A stretch of 35,699 bases of DNA. It comes from Ferroacidibacillus organovorans. GTDB lineage: Bacteria > Bacillota > Bacilli > Alicyclobacillales > SLC66. The position numbers and the translations under genes were made by a program. Where the stretch lies: the NCBI RefSeq assembly GCF_001642725.1, contig NZ_LSUQ01000008.1, forward strand, positions 62,001-97,699. The letters are read 5' to 3'. Positions 10,391 to 20,631 of this stretch are shown piece after piece; position 1 is the first letter of the stretch; every line of letters starts with the position of its first letter. The notes under the pieces were generated by a model. It was not told the origin of the DNA, ran no database searches, and saw nothing but the letters and a program-made list of their open reading frames with translations.

Positions 10391-10460
10391 ACATACATCA
10401 TCTCCCCTCCAAGCATCGCTCACAGAATCAACCTGCGGGTGCCAGACAAGTGCCAACGCC

Positions 10461-11273
10461 TCAGCCCAGGCTCCATGTACCAAGCAGGTGGAGCGCGAAG
10501 GTGAGCATCGCGTAGATGCCAAACCCGAACCCCGGCATTGCGATGAGTAGCGTCGCATACATGGCCACCTCCAGTTGGACTTTCCCATACCGTTCTGCGG
10601 CTGTGGCGTCGCGCATCTTCATATCGAGTTGCATGCTCCGGATGAGTGCATCGGCAACCGGTGTCCCATTTCGCTCCGATTCAGAGACGAGGGAAGCGAG
10701 TTCCCGCAGTTGTGGCACACCCGTCGAGTCCGCCAAGGCTTCGAGTGCGCCGGGGAGTGTCGCATACCGTTTTTGTGCATTCACCTCGCGTAGCCGATCT
10801 CGAATGGGCGAACCCAGCCGCTGTTCCAACGTCGCGAGTGTATCCGACAGGGTCGCACCTGCACGGACGAGAAATGCCATCAACATCAAGGTCACGCGTG
10901 TCTGTTTTGTCAGCTTACGAACCTGCGTACGAGCCGATATTCGGGCGTATAGCAAGGGCGCTGCAAACGTCCCTGGGATGAGAAACAGGAGCGTCCACAT
11001 CCGAAGAAGAACTGCAGAGGCTAAGACAACGGCCGAAGTAAGTAAAACGGAACGCAGCCAAAATGCCGCCTGTTCCGGGGTTCCCATGGCAGCAGCTTCC
11101 TGCCCAAGTAACGCCGTGTACGAGGGCAGCCTTCTTCGTTTGGGCCTGACTCGTCCGTCGCTGAGAACACGCTTGCGAAACTCCTGCCATGCTTGCACGC
11201 GCCATTGCCAAAAACACAGCCACGCCAACGTGACGCACGTACCAAATCCTGCGGACAGCCATGTCATGTTCAT
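10461..11273 (-). CDS. tadC: TadC-like (T2SSF) pilus platform protein
   Basis: TM helices, VRAGATLSDTL and SERNGTPVADAL T2SSF-type motifs. Follows tadB. Confidence 0.8.
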   Translation of the reverse strand: MNMTWLSAGFGTCVTLAWLCFWQWRVQAWQEFRKRVLSDGRVRPKRRRLPSYTALLGQEAAAMGTPEQAAFWLRSVLLTSAVVLASAVLLRMWTLLFLIPGTFAAPLLYARISARTQVRKLTKQTRVTLMLMAFLVRAGATLSDTLATLEQRLGSPIRDRLREVNAQKRYATLPGALEALADSTGVPQLRELASLVSESERNGTPVADALIRSMQLDMKMRDATAAERYGKVQLEVAMYATLLIAMPGFGFGIYAMLTFALHLLGTWSLG

Positions 11274-11281
11274 TCCCCTCC

Positions 11282-12199
11282 CTACGCCTCAATGACCTGA
11301 CTCCGGCGGACGATGAGGTACAGACCCACCGTCATGACCGCAAGCGTGGTCCAGAAAAAGAACCGAGTCACCTCGTTCATGTGCGGGGATGTAAACGGAT
11401 AGGCCAACAAAAAACTGCCGGTGATCATGCCGTAGAACCAGTACCCGCCTGTCCGTTGATGTGCGGTTTCCGCCCGGATGCGGCGGATATATTCGAGCTC
11501 TTTGCCTTGGATCTCCGCCATGTCGAGCCAAAGCTCGTCAAGTGGCACGTTGTACTTCTTCGCTTCGCGCGTGGCGAGTGCAAAGTGTGCGATGTCTTCG
11601 ATGCCAAGCCCGCCTGCCCAGTGGACAAACGCATCTTCAGGCGTCGCAAACTGTGGGGAGGCACTCAAATCACAGAGGGCCTTCAGTCGTACTCGGAGCG
11701 GATCGTACCGGATGGCGTCAGCCATGCGCGAAAAGGCGTCGTCAAGCCGCCCCGTTGCAGCGAGTACGTGCACCCCACGCTCCACACCTTGACGCAGGAA
11801 CGCGTTCAGGATATCCTCCCGGCGACGCCTCGCGAGGCGTGACCAGTGGCGCTCGTAGAGCAGAAGCGTCACCCCGAAGCTCAGCGCCATCCCGAAGAGA
11901 ATGAAGTAGTGAAGCACGATTGTGACGGCGAAGCACAACACAAAAAGAACCGCGACGTGGATGACGGCGGTTCGCTTCGTGGTTGACTTATCGAGTATCT
12001 GATGGTGCGCTGCGATCCGGTCGAAATATCGAGACAACAGATTCGCTGTTCTCCGTCTGGCAGGTTGCGCTGACATGACGTCACGAAACCGCGCGCGCCA
12101 CTCCATATTCCGAAGTTCTCGTCCGAACAGCCATAAGACGATGGCCACAGTCACGGACAAACCGAACAGCCGAGATAAAAGCAAAATACTCAACTCCAT
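11282..12199 (-). CDS. tadB: TadB-like pilus platform protein
   Basis: TM architecture and cytoplasmic T2SSF-like domain directly after the ATPase. ATG 12199 after GAGGAGAGG. Confidence 0.75.
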   Translation of the reverse strand: MELSILLLSRLFGLSVTVAIVLWLFGRELRNMEWRARFRDVMSAQPARRRTANLLSRYFDRIAAHHQILDKSTTKRTAVIHVAVLFVLCFAVTIVLHYFILFGMALSFGVTLLLYERHWSRLARRRREDILNAFLRQGVERGVHVLAATGRLDDAFSRMADAIRYDPLRVRLKALCDLSASPQFATPEDAFVHWAGGLGIEDIAHFALATREAKKYNVPLDELWLDMAEIQGKELEYIRRIRAETAHQRTGGYWFYGMITGSFLLAYPFTSPHMNEVTRFFFWTTLAVMTVGLYLIVRRSQVIEA

Positions 12200-12206
12200 C
12201 CTCTCC

Positions 12207-13517
12207 TCACGTGGCAATGCGGTACAACCGCACCACTTCTTGGTTTCGTGGCAAGGTCACGCTTACGCCCTCGACGGTTGCACGCTCCATCATGGCGTCT
12301 GTGATGCCGTGAAATTGAAACACATCTTTCGCCGCGTCGTAGGTCAGAATCGGTTGCCAACGCAGGGCGCGTACTCCGAAATCAAACCCGAGGATTTCAC
12401 CAATCTCCGTAATCCGTTTGCCATAGCGCGTATCACGCAGGGTGAACACGAACCGGATTTTGTCCCCCATCATCCCGGCAATGTTTAGATACGAGGCCTG
12501 GGCTTTAGAGCCATCCGCCGCTTCCAGCAGGAATCTTGTCAAGACCCCTTCGACGCCCGACGTGAGACCCACATGACTATGAAACGTGGTGCCCGTCTGT
12601 CGCCTGACAATCAGGCTCATGCGTAGGAAGAGATACGCGATGTCGGCGGAACGCACTTCCCCGATAAATTCGTTGTCGGCATTCATCCGCAGTGAATTGA
12701 TGAGGTTTCGGGCCATGTCAATTCGTCCCTTGCCCTCGTGATTCTCCGCACGATCCGTCAGCCGGATGGCCCATTCACAAAGCGGTGCCATTTCAGGCAA
12801 CTCCTCAATGATGAGGTTCAGTTGTCCCGTCGGAATGTCGCCTGTCATCGCGTTCATGAGCGTGGTCTTTCCGGACCCGACGCCACCCGACACAATGAAG
12901 CTGTCCCCAAGTTGCATCATGAGTCGGATGAACGCTCGTGTATCCGCATCGAGCAGATTCAGGCTCACGAGGTCGTCGAGGTTGAACGGGTAAATCGGTT
13001 TTCGGATACTGACGATGGTCCGCGGCTCCGTCACGATTCGTCCCTCCGCGTCGTGGATGGTATAGCGCGTACCGGGACCACCAACGACATTCATGCGGTA
13101 GCCACCGCGTAGAATCGCATCCGCCAGCGGATCGGATTGCGAGTAAAGGTAAGGCGTCCCGTCGAGTTGTCGTTCGATGAATTCACCCAGAGCCGACTCT
13201 GAGGCGAACTGCGCGTCCGCATGCTCGAACTTGCGCCCGTTTCGTTGTACGACGGTCGTCGTGCCGATGACGTGCACGTCTGTTACGAGCGGGTCTTCCA
13301 TGACGGACTGCAGGACATCAAATTGAAACCAAGTGTCGAGCAGTGTTGTGATGACCTTCTCCCGATGCTCGGTCGGGACGAACGTCCCCGGTTCGGCGCA
13401 TAGGCGATATAAAAACGCATGCATGTCCGTGCGCGTCATCCCCGGTTCCCGCAGACGTGGGTGGTTGATGACGACCGCCTTCAATTGTTCGATGTATCGG
13501 TCCACGACTACACTCAT
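12207..13517 (-). CDS. tadA: TadA/CpaF pilus assembly ATPase
   Basis: Walker A GGVGSGKTT, Asp box IEELPEM, LRMNADNEFIGEVR Walker B, TTFH His box, EDPLVTDVHV N-domain. Confidence 0.9.
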   Translation of the reverse strand: MSVVVDRYIEQLKAVVINHPRLREPGMTRTDMHAFLYRLCAEPGTFVPTEHREKVITTLLDTWFQFDVLQSVMEDPLVTDVHVIGTTTVVQRNGRKFEHADAQFASESALGEFIERQLDGTPYLYSQSDPLADAILRGGYRMNVVGGPGTRYTIHDAEGRIVTEPRTIVSIRKPIYPFNLDDLVSLNLLDADTRAFIRLMMQLGDSFIVSGGVGSGKTTLMNAMTGDIPTGQLNLIIEELPEMAPLCEWAIRLTDRAENHEGKGRIDMARNLINSLRMNADNEFIGEVRSADIAYLFLRMSLIVRRQTGTTFHSHVGLTSGVEGVLTRFLLEAADGSKAQASYLNIAGMMGDKIRFVFTLRDTRYGKRITEIGEILGFDFGVRALRWQPILTYDAAKDVFQFHGITDAMMERATVEGVSVTLPRNQEVVRLYRIAT

Positions 13518-14281
13518 CCATGACCACCCCCTTTTGACGTTGTATTCGAACCCGTGGAACCCGTCTTAGGTGGCAACGTGGTTACGTGCGTCGTAGACAC
13601 TATGCCGTTCGCTGCGGGTAACGTCGACGGTGAATTGGCAAGCGGAATGGATCCGGGGGCCGCGAACGAGTCGTTTTGCGGGATCAGCGCCACTTGGACG
13701 TTGTTCTTCAGCACCGCAGGTGCAAGGATTTTGTAGTTTTCTTCACTAACGAAGATGAGTAGCGCCGTGGGTGTTCCCCCTTTAGCTGGTTGGAGTACAT
13801 TCAGCACGGGGACCGGTTCGATTGTCGTCAGTGTCTGCGTCGTGCCATTTTGTTGGGGCACCAATAACGCGATCTGCTCACCCGGATTGACCACCGACGC
13901 GAGGGGGCTTTGCACAGGCAGCGACATCAACATCCCAGTTTGCCCGGTGCGCTCTGTGTACTGGGTCAAAAAGGTCGAAAAGCTGCCACCTGAAGGGTTC
14001 AAGTCCCCAGCCGTAACGGGATCCCCTTTTGGCACAGTGTAGGAAAGATAGTGTCCAATAACCGCAGACTCATTTGTCGCTAAGCCTGCAATGCCACTGG
14101 TTTTCGAAACCGTCACCGTGGTGACATCACCCGCTTCGATTCGTGTGTAGGGGTACAACGTGCGAGTCGAGACGACGACGGTTTCCGTGTTTAGCATTCT
14201 CAAGAGCGCGAATGATCCGATGGTACCGGCCAGCACGGCGCAGAGTGCGCCAAGTACAAAGGAGAATGTACTTTTTCTCAC
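13514..14281 (-). CDS. cpaB: CpaB/RcpC-like SAF-domain protein
   Basis: N-terminal TM. VVVSTRTLYPYTRI...VIGHY...VPKGDPVTAGDL SAF pattern and VNPGEQI RcpC pattern. Confidence 0.8.
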   Translation of the reverse strand: MRKSTFSFVLGALCAVLAGTIGSFALLRMLNTETVVVSTRTLYPYTRIEAGDVTTVTVSKTSGIAGLATNESAVIGHYLSYTVPKGDPVTAGDLNPSGGSFSTFLTQYTERTGQTGMLMSLPVQSPLASVVNPGEQIALLVPQQNGTTQTLTTIEPVPVLNVLQPAKGGTPTALLIFVSEENYKILAPAVLKNNVQVALIPQNDSFAAPGSIPLANSPSTLPAANGIVSTTHVTTLPPKTGSTGSNTTSKGGGHG

Positions 14282-15504
14282 TTTGAGATCACCTCCCGTA
14301 ACGTTCCAAATCGCAACTTCCGTCGCCTATGCTCCGAGACAGGCGTTACGCGAAGCGCACCGAGCAAATGGTCTAGTGCATCGGATACATTTCGACTCCC
14401 GGCAAGTGGCGAAGCGGTCATGATGTCGCGGTACAAGCGACGGTCTTCTGGGATATGCACCACGTCCGACGTAACGTGTGCCTCGTCCAACAGACGAAGG
14501 GCACGCCGATGTTCTGAAATACCCTTTCGAATTCGATTGACCGCAACGACCACGCGCTCTGGCATTTTCATGTGACGCACCAGTTCGTACTCTTCGAGAA
14601 ATCGCTTGAACGCCATCCATTCCGGTGTCATGACAAACACCACGCGATCCGCCAACTCAAGCGCCGTGTACGTGGAAGACGTGGATGGACTCGTGTCAAT
14701 GAGCGTGAAGTCAAAGGTTCGTCCAAACTGCCCGACCACCCGGCGTAGTATCCCTTCGTCCAAACCATCCCGCGCCCGACCACTCGGCAGCAAGTACCAG
14801 TCATCCACTTCGACAAGGGATTCCTTGAACGCAGCCTCATCCATTTGTACGGGTAGTCGCGTAAAGTCGTCTGCCGTCATGGCGGCCGATAGGTGATGGA
14901 TGGATTGCAGATTCCCCTTGGGATCAAGGTCAATAACGCCAACCGTCATCCCCTGCCCTGCAAGTGCGCGGGCCAGGAGCGCCGTCAACGTGGATTTGCC
15001 TACGCCCCCACGGGCGCTGTGAATGCAAACGACCCGTCCGCGCATCGGCGGGTTCGGGTCGTCAGATGGAACCGTTTTTTCATTTGCACTGGGTTGAACA
15101 TTCGGCTTGGCCGGTCGGTTCCGTTTCAGAATGGCTTCCATCGGGGACACCGTCGCACTTGAGGTGGGTTCCTCCTGTACCTCTGATTCACGAATCCACC
15201 GTTTCAGGTAGTCTATCGGCAATGGGTAAGTGACCACATCAACACATCCGAGTTGCTTGGCCGTTTGGTACACCGATTCGCCGTCCGAAGTCCCCACATA
15301 AATAAATGGACAGGCAAGTGCCTGTTCTTTGATCCGCTCTACCCCCGGTGAGTTTTGTCCAACCAGAACCAATTCCACAGCAGTCAAGTCGATTTGCGCC
15401 AACTGATCCTCATGGTCCACCGCGTAGAGTTTCAGACCCGACCGTTCTGCCGCTTTGACGGCCGCCGCGTGTTTCACTCGATCAAACTCCAGCAACAGAA
15501 GCAT
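14278..15504 (-). CDS. CpaE/TadZ-like protein (receiver-like domain + MinD/ParA ATPase)
   Basis: SARGGVGKST, VIDLDPKGN, LIDTSP, with a receiver-like N-terminus. Confidence 0.85.
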   Translation of the reverse strand: MLLLLEFDRVKHAAAVKAAERSGLKLYAVDHEDQLAQIDLTAVELVLVGQNSPGVERIKEQALACPFIYVGTSDGESVYQTAKQLGCVDVVTYPLPIDYLKRWIRESEVQEEPTSSATVSPMEAILKRNRPAKPNVQPSANEKTVPSDDPNPPMRGRVVCIHSARGGVGKSTLTALLARALAGQGMTVGVIDLDPKGNLQSIHHLSAAMTADDFTRLPVQMDEAAFKESLVEVDDWYLLPSGRARDGLDEGILRRVVGQFGRTFDFTLIDTSPSTSSTYTALELADRVVFVMTPEWMAFKRFLEEYELVRHMKMPERVVVAVNRIRKGISEHRRALRLLDEAHVTSDVVHIPEDRRLYRDIMTASPLAGSRNVSDALDHLLGALRVTPVSEHRRRKLRFGTLREVISK

Positions 15505-16639
15505 CTACGACTCCTCCTTCCATTCCCTGTCGATTGGGATCAACAAAACAGGCTGAGATTTGATCAACAATGGGCATCCACCACTTGCCAAAATTCGGGT
15601 CAAGCGTGACCAACGGCGTTTTCATCCGAATGGCATGAAACTGCCGTGGCTCGTGTGGGACGCAGACGACCTGTGCCTCCGTTATGCTGGTGAGTAAAAC
15701 CCCTGGTGTATGATGATTGACCAAGCAAATGGTCTTCCTGTCACCCCGTTCCCGCATGGCACGAAGTGTACGCCCCGTCCCGGTCATTTCCGGCCAGGTC
15801 ACCCAAAGCGTGAGATCTGCGTCGGGTATCAGTGAATCCGCCTCCTGCCGAGTGTCGAGGATGACTCGATAGCCTTGCGGCGGTTCGGACGCATAGACGT
15901 GCGATAGAAATGATTCATCGCACCAATGGGACAGCGTACCTGGGTTATCTTCCACCACCGCCGCTGGAAGTTCACTTTGATGACAGAGGGCAGCCACTTG
16001 CAGCGCAACAAAACTCTTCCCACAACCGCGATCCCCAAGGATACGCACGCGCACCGGGGATGGGTCTGGCCAAACGAACTTGCGCACGAGACGGGTGGAT
16101 GACGCCTGTCTAGCTGCGGATTTACCGTGTTCATCCTGGGCTTCTATCAAGGCATCAAACCGAGCCATGTTTGTCTCTGCGACACCACTCCTAAGTGGTG
16201 CCCACGTAAAGGGTTCATCCTTTGCGGAAAACACATCCACCAATTTGGGCGGCTCTGCGAGTCCGGTTTCCCCTCGTGACAAGTACATTGCGACGTCCTC
16301 GACGGAACGTTTGTGTTCAAGTAGTTTGTCAAGATCCTGCAAAACAAGTTCCTCCGCGACGAACAGAAAATCGTAAATCCCGAACACGCAAAGTTCTCGT
16401 TTGAAGTCCTCCGTTTCGTGCGCTGATGAACCGATGAACACAACGCGCGCACCCTTGTTGCGAACTCGATTCAATGCCTGCATCAACACATCTCGCTTGG
16501 CAAACATCCATTCGCAGACGACAAGTGTGTCCTCTGCGTGAAACTCGGTTTCCTCAATTTTCTGGGCATAGGCCAGCCAAACACTGCCTTTGTAGCGTTC
16601 TCGAAGATCGGATGGTAGCGCCAAATACAGCAAGGTCAC
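15482..16639 (-). CDS. Second, degenerate CpaE/TadZ-like protein (receiver-like + P-loop)
   Basis: GTG 16639 after GGAAGGAG. LCVFGIYDFL receiver-like motif, GDRGCGKS P-loop, ILDT. First gene of the tad operon. Confidence 0.6.
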   Translation of the reverse strand: MTLLYLALPSDLRERYKGSVWLAYAQKIEETEFHAEDTLVVCEWMFAKRDVLMQALNRVRNKGARVVFIGSSAHETEDFKRELCVFGIYDFLFVAEELVLQDLDKLLEHKRSVEDVAMYLSRGETGLAEPPKLVDVFSAKDEPFTWAPLRSGVAETNMARFDALIEAQDEHGKSAARQASSTRLVRKFVWPDPSPVRVRILGDRGCGKSFVALQVAALCHQSELPAAVVEDNPGTLSHWCDESFLSHVYASEPPQGYRVILDTRQEADSLIPDADLTLWVTWPEMTGTGRTLRAMRERGDRKTICLVNHHTPGVLLTSITEAQVVCVPHEPRQFHAIRMKTPLVTLDPNFGKWWMPIVDQISACFVDPNRQGMEGGVVDASVAGV

Positions 16640-16795
16640 ATTCTCCTTCCTGACGTACGGTGAATTTTGATTGAATGACGATGGATGACGTGTGTGAAGA
16701 AATCCAGGAGAGTAAATGCAAAAGAAGGTTCTAGCACGATGCCGGATATCCCGGCGAAACATTCAATGTCGCTTGGCCCACCTCCCATCACGTAC

Positions 16796-16849
16796 ACGGT
16801 ATCACGGAAAACAGGCGGTTCGGTGTCGCCAGAGTGCCAAAACTGTCCC
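16796..16849 (-). promoter_or_regulatory. Activator-box promoter copy B, upstream of tad operon
   Basis: Minus strand: GGGACAGTTT-TGGCAC-TCTGG-CGACAC-N21-TACCGT, with TG extended -10. Confidence 0.7.
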
Positions 16850-16864
16850 GGTGATCTTTGATCC

Positions 16865-18874
16865 CTAGGGGCCGGATACCCGAATGGTTGGGACCAATTG
16901 GCCCAGGCTCCCCAACTTCGGCAACGACTCAGTCGTATACATCCTGTTCCACGTCGGTTGGGATTGTTCATATTTCGCTGTCGCGTCCGGTATCTGATGC
17001 AGGTAGTACCATGTCGGGTATCCGAGCGTTTGCGCGAAATCCGCATCATTCCAAGTGACCGTGGAACCTTCTCCCGTGATGAACGAAACTGACGTCCCCA
17101 GGTGCGCACTGGATGCCCTGTCCCCACTTACATTCCACGCTGTCAGTTGGGAGAACGACTTGGGGACGCCTGTTGTGGCATATTTCGGAATGGATGTGTA
17201 CACCCAGCCAACCTCCGTTGCTGGCGGCGGAAATCCATTCCCATTCGGATCCCACACGGGTACGTCGCCTTGGTTAAATATCGTATCCGAAAGCAGGGGG
17301 AACGCCTTTGTCCAAACATTCGTGTCGCCATCGGGGTTGACGAGCTGGAAGGTCACATTGGCACGGCTTGGCATGTCGTGCGGGGAGCCGGTCCATTCCA
17401 GTCGAAATGCCACACCCCCACCTACTCGAACATAGATAGACGGGGAACGTGTGGGATTGCCATACGTGGGCAGCGCCTGGTTTCCGCCATCGGTGGATCC
17501 GTCCGAATACGCGTCCGAATTCTGCTGAGAAGCGGTTGGATTCGTCGGGGACCAGACATCCCCCGGCTGGCCGGGATCGTAGAAAAGGCCGGTCACCTGA
17601 AAATTGCTCAGATTGAGTGGGTAATCGTGATGATACGTGATTGGGCTGTCCACCCACTCAAATAGGGTACAGCCGTCACTGTCCGATGTCGTCTGTAATT
17701 GCCAGTGGGTGTCCGTCCACGTGAGCATTTGTCCGCCTGTTCCATCTGGAGACCAGTTGTACGAAAGCACTTCGTTTGCAGGCATGGGCGGAATCGTCGG
17801 GTTCGGACAAGTTGGACCACTCGGGGGTGATGGCGGAGTAGGTGGTGGCAACGGAGGCTGAGGCGGAGACGGGGCTTGAATCACCGTAAAATCTACGGTT
17901 GCCGAGGTCGCCGCTCGGTTGAACCAATCCTTGACCTCCAACTTGATCACGTAATGTCCGGGACTGAGGTTCTTCGTGTCGATTTCATTCGGTTGCGTAG
18001 ATCCCCCGTCCGTCGTTTCCACAAACGACGGGGGATACGTCGTCGCCCCGCCACCCTGCACCTCAACCATGGGCGCTCCATTCGAGGCATACAACGTTTC
18101 CCCATTGTACGGGGCTTTTCCCTGTAACGAGTTTTCATTGAAGCTTTCAGACGTGACGTCCACCCCACTGGCGTTCTTCACGGTAACCCATTCAAAGTGA
18201 TAGTTGGTGTGATAGGCTTCGATGAATGCGTGGTCCTTAAACTTGAGTGACTTTCCCTGTTGCACGCTGTCTGAACCTACAATGGTAATCTGCGCCTTGG
18301 GTGGATCGGTCGCGTATACGGGTTGGTTAAACCAATCTCCATTTGAATTAGGTACAAACGCCGCCCCGCTCATTTCGACAATTTGCGAGACGTTCGAAAC
18401 GGAAAATGGCTGTCCCGCACTATCTATAAATGTGGTGTTCCAGAGATGTGCAGTGACGTACGAAGGATCACCCTTGAGTGCGGCGATCCATTGCGATACC
18501 GTTGATTGACCCACCATCTTGTAACCGTTGTTTGAAGAGATTGGAACTCCGTCATGGCTAACGTGATCAAATCCCCATATGCCGCCTAGTGTGTCGTTGC
18601 CGTTGTAGATGGGGAGTCCATCCGCTCCGTACTTGTAATAGTCAAAATTTTACTGAATACTCTCCAATTCCGGGTCTGTAGTCGATTGAATGCGAAATTC
18701 TGTTCCAGCTGTGATTTGTCCATTTGGGATGATGGCCCCATCAGTACCCGGCGGATTACCCGTTCGAACAATATAGGCGAAAGCAGGAGGCGCATTCCAG
18801 AATGAAACCAATAAAATAGCGAGCGCCATCGCGCCCGCTAGACAAGATTCCCTGATTCGATTGGCCGATAACAT
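16865..18874 (-). pseudogene. Large secreted protein (about 669 codons) with Pro-rich linker, interrupted by one in-frame TAA
   Basis: ORF 18650-18874 (signal peptide ...PPAFA) and ORF 16865-18517 share a frame. Reading through TAA 18652-18650 gives continuous NFDYYKYGADGLPIYNGNDTLGGIWGFDH...YKMVGQ. Confidence 0.75.
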
Positions 18875-18901
18875 GTAGTCTCACTGCCCTTCATTCAGAA
18901 A

Positions 18902-20314
18902 TTAGTTCCCCCAAGCCGCTTGCCCGCTGCTATATTGAATTTTAGGCACGCCTCCGTCACTCCCAGGTGTCATGCCGATACTCGCAAACACGACATCGTC
19001 TTTTGGGTAGATGTAGGATGCATCCATTTCCGCGTGGCCCTCGGTCTTGACCCAGATTGTTTTGGGTGGTGATACGACTCCCCCATTGCTGGGGTCACGA
19101 GAGTCATATCCGGCAAATCCAGAAGTAACCGCCCATGTTTGACCGCCATTCACACTATACTCGGTATGGTTTCCAGTAGCATTGAACAACGACCCACAAC
19201 TCAATTCGCGAAGGTCCTGATCAGATAGGCTCGGCAATTGAAATTCTAAGTGCCCGGTGCTCTGGACACTGAACTGAATGGCATCTACCAAAGGAAACGC
19301 TAAGGACTGCCCCTTTGAAGCCATGGCTGCTGTCACATAATTGTCATGGGCGAAGGCCTTTTTCGCATCATACGGTTGAAACCATACTCGATACGTTCCA
19401 TTCGCGTTCTTGGAATAGCCGTGATACAAAGCAGACAGATTGGACATCATTTGCGCCTCGCCAGTACTCGTCAGCGTTCCATTTGCCAAGCCTTGATTCA
19501 ATTCCACTGCATTCGCCCAAGCGATAGTGCTACCGCCCGCATTCCAGGATAAATCACTGTCCGGGATACCCACATACAGTTGATACGCATGATCGACGGT
19601 CTCAGCATTCACAGAATCTGCTGAACCAAAATGGCTGCTACTGTCCGCAGTGAAATACCCTTTCTGCAACACCGCGTTCACGTATGGCCAGTCAGAAGCA
19701 CTCACATCATCAAACGGGTTGGAACTCGTAGCATCCGGCTGAATGTTCAAGGCATTCGCAAAGTCTTTTACCACCGTCAGTTTCGTCTCCGTAGGGGATG
19801 ATTCCGATGTAGTCATCGACCATGTCGTGCCATCCCAGGTCGATGTAATCCCTACCCGATTTAGTGCCTGCATCAAGTACCAGATTGGAATATACGAGGT
19901 AACAACGCGACCACTGGGATCCCGGTGGGCATAGCGCGGTGCGAAATCAACAGGTGTGCCGTTGATTTCAATACTCACATCGGATGAATTCGCCGAATCC
20001 TTCGGAGGATTCGTCAAGTCTGCATGCATGCCGCTTGGCAATACCAGATTCCAGTGATGTCCGTCCCAGGTGCTGCGGATATTCAACTCGGACAACACCT
20101 TGAACAGATACCAAATGGGCAACCAACTTGTTGGCTCTGACGTCGAACTCTCCGGGCGCACCAAGTGTGCCGGATTCGATGCGTCCTGTCCATTCAATAT
20201 CAAGCGGGTTGGAGCAGACTCTACAGCCTGAATGGTTTGGGCCCGTGAAATCGGTGCATACGTAACCAAACATGCGAACGCTGACGAAAATAAAACCATG
20301 GTCGATTTCTTCAT
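18902..20314 (-). CDS. Secreted cell-surface protein with duplicated N-terminal domain and SLH-like segment
   Basis: ATG 20314 after AAGGAGG, signal peptide. Two repeats TS(W/Y)xPIWYL...I(R/T)STWDG..W. PFDDVSASDWPYVNAVLQKGYF resembles SLH. Confidence 0.7.
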   Translation of the reverse strand: MKKSTMVLFSSAFACLVTYAPISRAQTIQAVESAPTRLILNGQDASNPAHLVRPESSTSEPTSWLPIWYLFKVLSELNIRSTWDGHHWNLVLPSGMHADLTNPPKDSANSSDVSIEINGTPVDFAPRYAHRDPSGRVVTSYIPIWYLMQALNRVGITSTWDGTTWSMTTSESSPTETKLTVVKDFANALNIQPDATSSNPFDDVSASDWPYVNAVLQKGYFTADSSSHFGSADSVNAETVDHAYQLYVGIPDSDLSWNAGGSTIAWANAVELNQGLANGTLTSTGEAQMMSNLSALYHGYSKNANGTYRVWFQPYDAKKAFAHDNYVTAAMASKGQSLAFPLVDAIQFSVQSTGHLEFQLPSLSDQDLRELSCGSLFNATGNHTEYSVNGGQTWAVTSGFAGYDSRDPSNGGVVSPPKTIWVKTEGHAEMDASYIYPKDDVVFASIGMTPGSDGGVPKIQYSSGQAAWGN

Positions 20315-20345
20315 GTTGTTCAACCTCCTTCTTCGCGTTATGACC

Positions 20346-20390
20346 AGACTATCACGGAAAAACGCAGATGGAGTGTCACACGAGTGCCAA
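20346..20390 (-). promoter_or_regulatory. Activator-box promoter copy A, upstream of surface-protein genes
   Basis: Minus strand: TGGCAC-TCGTG-TGACAC-N21-TAGTCT, with TG extended -10. Confidence 0.7.
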
Positions 20391-20447
20391 TCGCGTATTT
20401 CCCCCAATCTTGTGCTTGACCTCATAACTCTTGACCTGATACGGATT

Positions 20448-20491
20448 TGTCACTGCCTTGGCACCCCGGGCTAGAACAGGCGGACTATGCT
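20448..20491 (+). promoter_or_regulatory. Activator-box promoter copy E, divergent from A
   Basis: TGTCAC-TGCCT-TGGCAC-N21-TATGCT. Confidence 0.55.
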
Positions 20492-20631
20492 CAAAACATT
20501 CCAAACAATTCATATATGGAAAAGATTCACTCTGTCGAACAGCAAAGTCAAGTTTGGTACAGACAGTCACTACGTAGCATCTGAACCTTGTTTCACGGCT
20601 TATCCAATTCCTATCGAGGAGGGTCCCGCAC

